Positions 32,677 through 43,256 of a DNA stretch of 64,000 nt are shown one piece after another. This DNA is from Phaeosaccion multiseriatum (lineage: Eukaryota > Protista > Ochrophyta, other classes): NCBI GenBank assembly GCA_965112735.1, contig OZ218951.1, forward strand, positions 1,550,001 through 1,614,000. Reading direction: 5' to 3'. Below the pieces are notes generated by a model that worked only from the letters and a program-made list of their open reading frames with translations, was not told the DNA's origin and ran no database searches. Position 1 is the first letter of the stretch, and every line of letters starts with the position of its first letter. The position numbers were made by a program, and so were the translations under genes.

Positions 32677-32764
32677 CCGGCTGGCGCCGGCGATAATCAA
32701 TAATCAGGCTGGCTGGCACCGACCATAATCAATAATCAGGCTGGCTGGCGCCGGCCATAATCAG
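32677..32764. repeat. 32-bp tandem minisatellite, about 3 copies (GGCTGGCGCCGGCSATAATCAATAATCAGGCT)
   Basis: Units start at 32679, 32711 and 32743; a degenerate copy lies at about 32640. Confidence 0.85.
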
Positions 32765-32945
32765 ATCAAGTCCAGGGGAAGAAAAGGGGGGGGGAGAACA
32801 TAAAGGGCTCACTGCTCTAGTCACTCGAGTCTTACGTATCTAGACAGCTAAGAGGTCGGTAGTAGGCGATGTCGCTTTCGCCCTCCTCCACTCTCCACCC
32901 ACTGTACAAAAGAAGTAAGATGGGTGCTGCTTAGTTGTATTTCTA

Positions 32946-33520
32946 ACACTCCGTTTGCGTAAAAATCGCCCAAATTTCGACCAACACGGTTTTTGCGCAT
33001 TTGCAGGGAAATGACGCTGGGAGGAGCGCTATAGCTCTTCGTGTAGCTCTTTGAGATGCCTACCTATACATAGTCTCTCGTCTTTCCACACTTCTTTCCT
33101 TCCCTAGTTGTCAGCATTTCCGCGGCAGCACCCCCTTCCCGCGGGGGGGGGGGGGGATGTGCACGCCACGGAAATCGCACCAGGCTTGCCAAGGGTCCTG
33201 CTGCTGCTCCACTGTGGCTAGCCGCCGTAGCGCTGCGCCTGTTCTCTTGCAGAAGGGCGGGCAAGCTGCCCATGAGCGATTTCCGTGGCGTGCACATCCC
33301 CCGTCCCCCCCCCCCGGGAAGGGGGTGCTGCTGCGGAAAAGCTGACAACTACGGAAGGGAAGAGGCGATGAAAGCCGAAAGACCATAGATCGGTGGGGAT
33401 CTCAAAGAGCTACACGAAGAGCTATAGCGCTTCTCATAGCGTCCTTTTGCTGCATATGTGCAAAAAAAAAATTGGGCCGGAAATCGGGCGATTTGGGCGA
33501 TTCTTACGCAAATCGAGTGC
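32946..33520. mobile_element. Foldback or long-TIR MITE-like element
   Basis: Imperfect inverted arms of about 230-245 bp (32946-33177 vs 33277-33520). Exact reverse-complement blocks include AGCGCTATAGCTCTTCGTGTAGCTCTTTGAGAT and GGATGTGCACGCCACGGAAATCGC. TA lies on both flanks. Confidence 0.72.
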
Positions 33521-33776
33521 TAAAAAATATTACAATTGAAGCTAGTTTTTACCACATGGGGTAGCTCGGTCGGCGAAGGGCGCCGCGCGAAACAGTGAGG
33601 ACATATAAAGGCGAAAGCCCCTCGAAGCAACACTCCCAGGGGGTGGGCGGTGGGTGGTGGGTGGGTGGGAAGGGGAGGGAAGGGGAGGGGAGGGATGGGG
33701 TGGGGAGGGGTGGGGAGGAACACACGTCCGTCGCTATGGTTGCCTCCTCGGCCGCCATGACTGAATTGAGTGTGGA

Positions 33777-34028
33777 ATGGATGGATGGATGGATGGATGG
33801 ATGGATGGATGGATGGATGGATGGATGGATGGATGGATGGATGGATGGATGGATGGATGGATGGATGGATGGATGGATGGATGGATGGATGGATGGATGG
33901 ATGGATGGATGGATGGATGGATGGATGGATGGATGGATGCATGGATGGATGGATGGATGGATGGATGGATGGATGGATGGATGGATGGATGGATGGATGG
34001 ATGGATGGATGGATGGATGGATGGATGG
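33777..34028. repeat. (ATGG)n microsatellite, about 250 bp, just past the EF-hand gene stop codon
   Basis: Directly visible, with one ATGC variant. Confidence 0.95.
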
Positions 34029-34033
34029 CTGAC

Positions 34034-36015
34034 TCAATGGCTTGTGGCGGGGTGACCGTGGATAGCAGACGCCACTTGCATGCCTCCCCAGTTGCGCACA
34101 AAGTTTTCGGGGGACTGGCCCTTCTCATAGTTGGCTAGCTTGGGGTTGTCTTGCTCCAACCAATTGTCCTGGCTGATGATCCAGTGCGAGTAGCGAGAGC
34201 GAGTCTTGGCCATGCCTCTCACCCGCTTCATGTCCTTGAGTCGCTTCTCGGTGTCGGCTACTTGGCAGCTCAAGGCCACCCGTTCGGCGTTGTCTCTCAT
34301 GCGAGCCTGGGAGAGCGAGGTGAGGGGAGAGAAAAGGAGACATGTATGTGGAGGTGAGAGAGTGAGTGCTGTGTGTCAGTCCTGAGAGAAAGGAAGGACG
34401 TATAGCACAGCATCGCTCAGCATAGGGAGGGGGGAGTGATTATACACGAATACACGCACACAAACACACATGCCCGTCCTCAACTCCCCACCCGCACCCA
34501 CTCACACCTCTATACACACACGCACGCACGCATGCACACACACAGCATACACGCGTGCGCGCACACACACACAGTCTCTCTCTCACACACATGCACACTT
34601 ACACTCACACTCTCACACACACAGCACGCACACACCCACAAACGCACACACACAGTGTCTCTCTCTCACACATACACTCATAATCACACTCACACACACA
34701 CGCACACACGCACCCACACACGGACACGCACACACTCACACTCATACTCACACTCAGCACACACACGCACACACACACTCAAACTCACACTCACACTCAC
34801 ATACATACACACCTGCTTGAAGTCCGTCTTGACCTTCCTCTCCGCAGCCTCTCTCACGGCATCCGAGGGCCTCTCTCTACGATACGCCGCCCCTCGCTTG
34901 CCCGGTTCGGCAAAGTTCTCGCGCAGCAAGGGGCCATGCTGCTCACTGGCCCACGAGGTGTAACGCTCCTTGGCAGCCGCAGCGACCTCGCTGGCAGACT
35001 GTGTAGCGGGTCCGGGCCCTCCATGTCCGATGCTCGTCCATGTTGTTTGTCGATATTTGTGAGCCCTTTGGGAAGCTTCTCCCAGGCCGGACGCTTTGAT
35101 CGCACTGCCGTGGGAGAGGTCTTCGAGGAGAGGGTTGAAGTAGTGTTGGTCCGGGCGCTGCCGCCACTGCTGTTGCTGTTGCTGCGGGTGTTGCTGTTGC
35201 GGCGGTTGGCTCCCGATGGTCGCTTGCCCTCCTCCTCCTCCTCCTCCTCCTCCTCCTTCAATCAGCTGACTCGGGCCGAAGGAGCCACTTTGGCGCCTGC
35301 TGCTACTACTGCTGCTACCTCCACCTCCACCGCTACCGCCGCCGCCGCCGCCATTGTTGCTGGGAGGAGATGCGTGGGTAGCGAAGGGCCCCCCCGTGCT
35401 GCCGAAGGAGGACACATTGGCCACTCTGGGCGAAGTGTTGTTCGTGGTGGAGAGCTTCACCATACAATGGACCAGCGGGGGCTCCGCTCCCTTCATGAGA
35501 CGACGAGACGGGAAGGCAGCGGCGTTGTCGTCCATCGTCGTCGCCATGCTGGCCTCCGCACCACCAACACCGCCACCTCCTCCTTGTGGAGAGGGTTCGC
35601 GTCGGGTATCTAGCGTGATGTCCTTGGGCCTTGCCCAAATGTCCCGAATACGCAGATTTGTCCTCCCCTCCGCTCCTCCTCCTCCTCCTCCTCCTCCTCC
35701 TCCTCCATCTCCCCCCCATCCATTGCCATCCTCCCCCCACACCTCCTCATATGAAGCAGGGCTTAGCGTGATGGGGGCCGGTTGGAAGCTTGTACCTGTC
35801 CGCGTTGGTTCTCCACGCACCAGGTGATCAAGTTGCTTGGAAGGCACCGCCTCCAAATGTAGCTGCTCCAACCGCTGGGCGATGGCATGGTCCTCCGGGC
35901 TCAGCCTCGGCGACGGCTGAGCCAGCATCTGCTTCATCGCGGCGAAGTATCGCCTTCGTCCGTCGTAGAACGGGTTGTACACGGCCTCTCCCTCGTCAAT
36001 GTCCATGTACCTGTA

Positions 36016-36064
<49 letters not shown>

Positions 36065-39000
36065 GCGTGTGTGTTCGGTGGGCCGATCCGATCAGGGGCC
36101 GATTCAGGCAAATAAAGTAAAGCGTTCAGGTTCGGTTTCAGCTTCGGTTTCAGCTAGCCACTCTTCTCCTCCTCCCCTCTCTGTCCTATCCTATTTCTAT
36201 TCCCTCCCTCCCTCCCTCCCTCCCTCCCTCCCTCCCTCCCTCCCTCCCTCCCTCCCTCCCTCCCTCCCTCCCTCCCTCCCTCCCACTGTACCTGGCAAAC
36301 TCCTTGAAGCTCAAGCGCTCCTTGCCGTGTTCGCCCACGCCCATGTCGTTGATGATACTCTCAACTTCGGCAGCGCTGACCTTCATGTTGAGCCCGGCCG
36401 GGCCAATGACCCGCTTCAGGCCATCGGAGTTGACAAAGCCCTGTACAGGAACAGACAGGTCGGACAGGACAGGTCACAGTTGGGCAGGAAGACAGGACGG
36501 AGAGACAGGCAGAATGGACCGGTCAGCAGGAGCGAGGAGGGATTTTCAGTTATGGCTTCGACACTCGATTGAGCTGCGTACGTCAGTCTGTCATTTTTGT
36601 CTGTCTCTCTCTCTGTCCGGCTGGCTGTGTGCCTTGTCTTGTGTTTGTCTCTCTTTCCAACGCACACGTACTTACGTACGTGCGTACGTACATACATACC
36701 GTGTTGCTGGGGTCGAGCAACGCAAACTGCTTCTTGAGGAAGATGGTACGAGAGTCCGCCAGACCCGCCGACGCCGTCGGAATCTTCTTGTGCAGCTCGT
36801 GCAGGAACTTGAACTTGACTCGTTGTAATGTAGGGTCACGAAACTTAGCCTTGGCGACGGTTAGCTCCTCCGTTTTGGCGTGCTTCTGCCACGTGTCCAC
36901 CGACTTTGAGGCCGGGCATGCCGCGGGGCCCTTGTGCAGGAAGGTCAGCATCTCGCTGTGTGGGTGCGAGTGGGTGTGCGTGTGTGCGTGTGTGGGATGG
37001 GGGTTGGGGGGAGGGGCTGGCGAGTTAGTTTACTTTCTTGCTTTGGTGTGGATAGATAGACAGATGTAGGGTAACGTGTGATGAGCAGGGCTCCGTTCGT
37101 CCCCCGCCATTGACTCTTCCTTCTTGCGCCACAACACCAAACCACACACATGCACAAGGCACACACATGCACACGCCCACCCATCCACCCATCTACACAT
37201 GCACGCACTCATTGACACACTACACCCACTCACCTGAGCTCCACAAAGCCGTTTCCATCTTCATCGATGGCGTCGAAGAGGTGGCGCTTTTCGTTACAGA
37301 GGAAGGGTGGATGGGGGTGAGCAAGAGAGGAGCGGTGAGGAGGGCGAGTAAGGACAATTCTTTCGTTCAGGGTCCAGCAGATGCACGGAGGGAGAGGGAG
37401 GGGGGGGAGGTGGAGTAGAGTTAAGGGGGTGAAGGAGGAGGAGGAGGAGGAGGAGGAGGAGGAGGAGGAGGAGGAGGAGGAGGAGGAGGAGGAGGAGGAG
37501 GAGGAGGAGGAGGAGGAGGAGGAGGAGGAGGAGGAGGAGGAGGAGGAGGAGGAGGAGGAGGAGGAGGAGGAGGAGGAGGAGGAGGAGGAGGAGGAGGAGG
37601 AGGAGGAGGAGGAGGAGGAGGAGGAGGAGGAGGAGGAGGAGGAGGAGGAGGAGGAGGAGGAGGAGGAGGAGGAGGAGGAGGAGGAGGAGGAGGAGGAGGA
37701 GGAGGAGGAGGAGGAGGAGGAGGAGGAGGAGGAGGAGGAGGAGGAGGAGGAGGAGGAGGAGGAGGAGGAGGAGGAGGAGGAGGAGGAGGAGGAGGAGGAG
37801 GAGGAGGAGGAGGAGGAGGAGGAGGAGGAGGAGGAGGAGGAGGAGGAGGAGGAGGAGGAGGAGGAGGAGGAGGAGGAGGAGGAGGAGGAGGAGGAGGAGG
37901 AGGAGGAGGAGGAGGAGGAGGAGGAGGAGGAGGAGGAGGAGGAGGAGGAGGAGGAGGAGGAGGAGGAGGAGGAGGAGGAGGAGGAGGAGGAGGAGGAGGA
38001 GGAGGAGGAGGAGGAGGAGGAGGAGGAGGAGGAGGAGGAGGAGGAGGAGGAGGAGGAGGAGGAGGAGGAGGAGGAGGAGGAGGAGGAGGAGGAGGAGGAG
38101 GAGAGGGGGCGGACGGATATGTTGGCAACTGCGCTTGGGGCTCATCCACCCACTACCCACTCCACCTAAACCAAAGTGATTGAGCGCACTTGGTGGCCAC
38201 CCACCCACTCCTGCACTGACTGACCTGCAGCGACCTCGGGAAGAGGTGCTCGAGGTCGCATTGCGTGATGCCCTTGGAGAACTCATCGATGTCGATGGCG
38301 CCGTCTCCGTTGCTGTCGAACACGCGGAAGAAGTTGGTGACGTTACCGTACTTAAAGAAGGCAAGGTCTGCCAAGCGTTGGCGTGTCTTGTTCTGGGGTG
38401 TAGAAGGGGATTGGGGAGGTACGGGCGGGGGGAGGGGGTCGGGGGTTAGCAGGGGACAGAGGGGTAGAGGAGCCAGTCAGTCACAAGTGCTGCGCTTGTG
38501 GTGCTGGTGTGTGGCATGGGTGTGCCGTAGACGCGAGTTGCGATGACCGGGGAGTCAATCAATCGGTCAAGGATGTGGGCGTATCTGCCCATTCTCTTCT
38601 CATTCCATCATCTCCTCTGCCGTCCTGCCAGTTATCTTTCCTTCGTTTTCTGCCCCACCCTTTACCCCACCCACCCAAATACGCGCCAATTTCAGCCTGT
38701 CCTCTTGTTCTGTCTCTTGCTTTGGCTGAAGTGCGTGGGGGGTGCTTTTCCACCCCGGTGGCACCACGGCCGCTCTGACAGTACAGCTCACCCGGGCCAC
38801 TCAATTTGTTCAGTTCTCCAACTCATTCCCGAGAGCTTTCTCTTCCCTCTCCTCGCATCTGCGCCAGTCTTATGTGCCACCACATTCCCCCCCCCCCCCC
38901 CCCCTCTTTCTTCCTCCCTCTCTCAGTATCTCTCACTCTCTCACTCACCTCCCACTGCTTCCACTTTGTGTTGCCGCTCTTGCCAAGATCCTGCTCTGGG

Positions 39001-39518
39001 AAGGCGCTGGTCTGAGCCGTGAGACCGGCGGTGTAGTTAATCTGTGTAGTGGTCATGTACTGCCCATTGAAGTCACTGACATCATTGTGGGCAAGGTCGT
39101 CAGCGTGGTCGTGTATCAAGTGGGGGTGCTTCCCAGTGGCACCTCCACCTCCACCTCCCCCACCCACTGCTGGTGGTGGTGCTGCACCTCCTCCCTCCCG
39201 CTGCTTCTCCTGCTGCTTCTCTTGCCGGGTCGGCGAGAGGCAAGGTAAACTTCGGGAGGCTGTCAGTTGAGGTGGCGAGCGGGGAGGGGGTAAGGAAGCG
39301 CTCGTACTCTTGGTGGCTCCAGACTGAGTGAGTCTTCGCTTTTGCCCACCGCTGCTGCCACCTCTTTCTCTGGTGTTCTGGTGCTGCTGCTCCGCTGCCG
39401 GCTCTGCCCCGAGCTGCCGGAGCGTATTCCGGCGTGTGCTGCCATGGTCGCTGCTGCGAGTGGTGGTGCCGGTGCCCGAGCGTCTCCGCCGAGCTGACCC
39501 TACGGTCGAAGGAGGCAT
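34034..39518 (-). CDS. EF-hand calcium-binding protein with long low-complexity tails, 7 exons
   Basis: Phase-consistent exons 39518-38949, 38392-38225, 37286-37234, 36955-36700, 36440-36292, 36010-34813, 34306-34034. EF loops [12 protein letters not shown] and [12 protein letters not shown], plus degenerate DPSNTGFVNSDG. Confidence 0.82.
37435..38103. repeat. Perfect (GAG)n tract, about 223 units, intronic
   Basis: Directly visible; lies in intron 2 of the EF-hand gene. Confidence 0.97.
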
Positions 39519-39908
39519 CTAGACTCAAGTCTAAAAGCACTTGTTTGCGGAGATAGCGCCCCCCCTCCTCCCCTTTTTCTCGCTATGCAGCACCCTGTCC
39601 TCCGATTAGTAGGCAAGACTGTTGCCTTCGTGGCGTTGATCCGGGGCAACTCTGGTGCGATCAACGGGATGTATTTCAAGAAGCACCACTCCACAGGAGA
39701 GGGGGGGGGTTGGCAGAAACCCGGCAAAAGTCTGGCTAAAACACAGGTCTTCTAAGAGCAAGAGTGTTCACTGCTGCGGCTGCTGCTGCTTGTTCACACA
39801 CGCAGCAGGCAGCACACATGAATTAGACTTCCAGGGTGTCAATCCATTCCCCCGAGAAGAAGAGACCCCTCAAATTTCCGTAACTGCCGATAGATGGCAC
39901 CAGAGGGT

Positions 39909-40148
39909 CGACCCCTGACACACTACTGTATCCGCTATCCGCTATCGCCGGCGCCAGCCGGCGCGCTATCCGCTATCGCCGGCGCCAGCCAGCGCGCTAT
40001 CCGCTATCGCCGGCGCCAGCCAGCGCGCTATCCGCTATCGGCCGGCGCCAGCCGGCGCGCTATCCGCTATCGGCCGGCGCCAGCCGGCACGCTATCCGCT
40101 ATCGATAGCGCGCTATCGAGAATGTGGGCGATAGTGTGTCAGGGGTCG
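39909..40148. mobile_element. 240-bp MITE-like non-autonomous DNA transposon with an internal 31-bp tandem array
   Basis: Perfect inverted termini CGACCCCTGACACACTA (39909-39925) and TAGTGTGTCAGGGGTCG (40132-40148). Flanks CAGAGGGT / AAGAGGGT match at 7 of 8 positions. About 5.5 internal copies of GCTATCCGCTATCGCCGGCGCCAGCCRGCGC. Confidence 0.8.
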
Positions 40149-40339
40149 AAGAGGGTACAATTTCTCTTTTTTTTGTCTCTTTTTTTTATTTACACATTTT
40201 ACGTCCCTTCCCCCTCTCAACGGTACTCTACACATGCTCTCCTCGAGCGAGCAGCAGCGGCACGAGCAAGCGAACAAAGCGGCCCCTCCACGCCCTCTAC
40301 GCTTCACCTCGACCCCAACACGGACACCCCCAGCCCCAC

Positions 40340-42149
40340 TCAAGCCGGCAAGCCTTGCTCATCAACATCAATGCGAGGCACCTCGTCCCCAATGTCAGCA
40401 TGGAGCTTGACTGCTGGCCTCGTTGGGTCCCCCCCCCCCAATGACGCAGACATGTCCCCTGACGTCATGTCCTCTACCCTTCTCTCCAGCTCGCTCTGCG
40501 CCTCTCGCTTGCGGCCCCTCTCCACAAGAGGGTCCGAGACGATGCCGATGAGCTTCGCCGTGGAAGCTTCCCCTAGTCCGTCGTGCCGCACCAACCGTTC
40601 CATCCTCCTCTCCAGGCGCACACGCGCGGCCGCCCTGGCTTGCTCAGACATTCTCTCGTCCCTGGACCGCTTGTAGAGACGAGACATGCTCACCTCGCTG
40701 CTCTCCTCCCCATCCTCATCCCCGCCCTCTGAGTTTCCATCGTCGTGGTTGTCCAAAGACGACCTTCTTCTCCCCTCCTCCCCATCCCCTGGCCCCCCCA
40801 GCGCCCCTACTCTCCGTCGAGCCCAGGCCCAATCCAACACCTCCAAGGCTGTCTTCGCCCGCGGGTCAGGCGGAGAAAACTTGTCCAGCAGGCTCCACAC
40901 CTCCTGGATGGGTTGGCTCCGGAGGTTCAAGAGCAAGGCAACAGGGTCCAGCACGAGCTGCTGCCCTGCCTCGTCCAGCTCACCCCTCTGCCTCGCTCCT
41001 TCCTTCCTCTCGTCTTGAAGATCTTGCGTGGCCTGAGCCTCGGCCTCCAAGTCAGCAAAGAAGCTCTCCCTTCGAGCTTTGCGCTGCTCCACTTTCACAA
41101 TCCAAAACTCCTCAATGGCGTCGGGGTCCATCTCCGGAAACTCGTCGATGGCAAAGCTGTGCTCACACCGACAAGAGAAAAGGGGGAAAGAACAAGAAGG
41201 GGGGATGAAAGGGCGGCACGTCAGTCTCACAAGATGGACAAAAAAGAGACGTTAAACAGCAGCAGAGTGACAGGAAGAGAGCCGCCAACGTAGGGCCGTC
41301 AACGGAGGTCAAAAAGATGCACAATCTGCCTTCCTTCCTACCAGTGAGTTTGTGTATACATCAATTGACAAGGGCGCACAGTCTGCAGGCACAAACGCAC
41401 TCACACACACAAACCTACCTCACTTGCTCGTCCTCGAAGTTCCGCATGACCATGAACTCGAACATCTCCGAGGGCCGCTCGCTCTTAAAGTACGGTGAGG
41501 AGAGCTCCACTTGGAGGAATGTGTTGTCGTGGAACACGCCTTCTGCCTCGGACGCAGAGTGTATTCGCTTCAGCGCCAGCGTCTCATACACGCCGGAGTC
41601 TGAGAGACGCTTCAGCTCATCGACGGCGAACTGTGGAGGTGTCGGTGGGGGGTGCGTGGGAGGGGAGGGGGGGGGGTGTTCAGGGGTCTGGAGGGGAGAG
41701 GCTTTGTGCCTCTTGTGGTGGATCGAATGGCTGTTGGGAGGGAGGAAAAGGTTTTCTGTACCTCTCTAGGACGCCACGATCCGATAGTCAAAGAAAGGGT
41801 GGAGATCCGCTAGAAGAAGGGCACTGTGGGGGCAAGCCAGGTGAAGATGACGAAAAAGATCAACGCAATTTTCTGCGTCCTCCCGGTAAAGTAATGCCTG
41901 CTTTCTACAAAGGAGGGTCAGCCGCAAGACAGCAGTGGCTAATCAATTCTAATGACTCCCTCCAACTCCACCCACCTGCGCTCGCTCGATGATATCCTGG
42001 TCGTTGGGATTGCGAAGTGTCGGTGGGACTGCTTCTGTTGACGGTGACTCGCTGCCCTTACCACTGCTCCCACTGCTACTCTGCACTAAGCACACTAGCA
42101 GCAGCGGCAGCAGCAGCAGTAACAGCCATCGGTGCAGCAGCAGCCGCAT
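40340..42149 (-). CDS. Signal-peptide protein with a cystatin-like N-terminal domain and helical C-terminus, 3 exons
   Basis: Phase-consistent exons 42149-41976, 41630-41419, 41156-40340. Hydrophobic leader MRLLLHRWLLLLLLPLLLVCLV; PNDQDIIERAQFAVDELKRLS...LALKRIHSA resembles a cystatin helix and strand. The gene model is solid; the fold is inferred. Confidence 0.7.
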
Positions 42150-42286
42150 CGACGGTACTATAGCAGAGGGGGCCTGCTTCTCTCACTGACATAATCTCCG
42201 AGCCTGCCGTTTCGATTTCGTTTCCACCCACCAGATATCACCACCACCACCAGGGGCGTGGATTGCACTGGACTTGAAGGGAAATC
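42150..42286. promoter_or_regulatory. Putative bidirectional promoter (cystatin-like / calpain-like)
   Basis: Divergent start codons separated by 137 bp. Confidence 0.55.
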
Positions 42287-43209
42287 ATGCTGCCCTTCCA
42301 GGAGCTGAACGAGGAGGATGAGGAGGACGGCATTGAGGAGTCAGAAGAAGAGGACATTATTGCTCGACTGGACGAGCTCGGGAACGGCACCCTGTACGAG
42401 GACAAGAGCTTCTCCAGTAACTCGCTGTACAGGTAGGGAATGAGGGGAGCGTAGACTGAGGAGGGTTCAGAGATGTCCCTCTCCTGGGAAGCGCTGAAAG
42501 GGAAGGGAGGAAGGTTTCATGGATAGGTGGAAGGTTCTGCTACTTGGCTGCCAGTCTCTTTAATTTGGAAGCAAAGCTGGCTCAACGCACAAAGTCGTCT
42601 TAGTGCCGAGGGACTTCATTCTCCTTCTCCTCGCCCCCCCCCCTATACTCATTTATCTCCGCCCCCAACTGTGGCGCCATGAACCCTCCACCCACACGAT
42701 GTCCCCACCCGGCTGCCCGCCCGTCTCTCTCTTCAAAGAAATGAGAAGCACCCCCCCGAGTACGACGCTCACTGCCATGCCGACATCCGCTGGTGCCGCC
42801 CTGGGGAGCTCGCCGAGGGTCCCGAGTACTTCCGAGACGATCTGTACGGGGCAGGTGGGGGCTGCGTGGAGTTGGGTAATCTCGACGACGCCTGGCTCCT
42901 TGGGGCTATGGCCATTGTAGCGGCGCATCCTAACAACTTGATCGAGAACCTCTTCGTGTCCCACCCGCAAGACTTCAAGAGGTATTGTAATACCTGTGCG
43001 CGCTGAGGACCTGTGTATACTTGTTTTGTCTTCCCCACCCCTTCCCTTTTTACCCACCTCTCCTACCCGACCCCCACACCCATCCACATCCTTCCCGCTG
43101 TCCCTGCCTTCTTGTCTACCTATCCACCCACCTTCCCACCTGTGCACCTGTGTACCCATCTACCGCCAACATACTAACCCAAACCGCTGTTGCGTGCACG
43201 TATACCACC

Positions 43210-43256
<47 letters not shown>

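Noticed and set aside
33520-34138. MDGW/HPSI repeat ORFs
   Set aside because: Translations of the (ATGG)n microsatellite.
37294-38364. Long poly-L, poly-E and poly-P ORFs
   Set aside because: They are translations of the intronic (GAG)n tract; the real exons flank it.
39934-40104. CRISPR-like array
   Set aside because: Head-to-tail repeats without unique spacers, no cas genes, and a eukaryotic context.
32677-40148. Composite 7.4-kb transposon capturing the EF-hand gene between inverted arrays
   Set aside because: The 39.9-kb array has its own TIRs and TSD, and no matching outer terminus or TSD was found at 32.6 kb.
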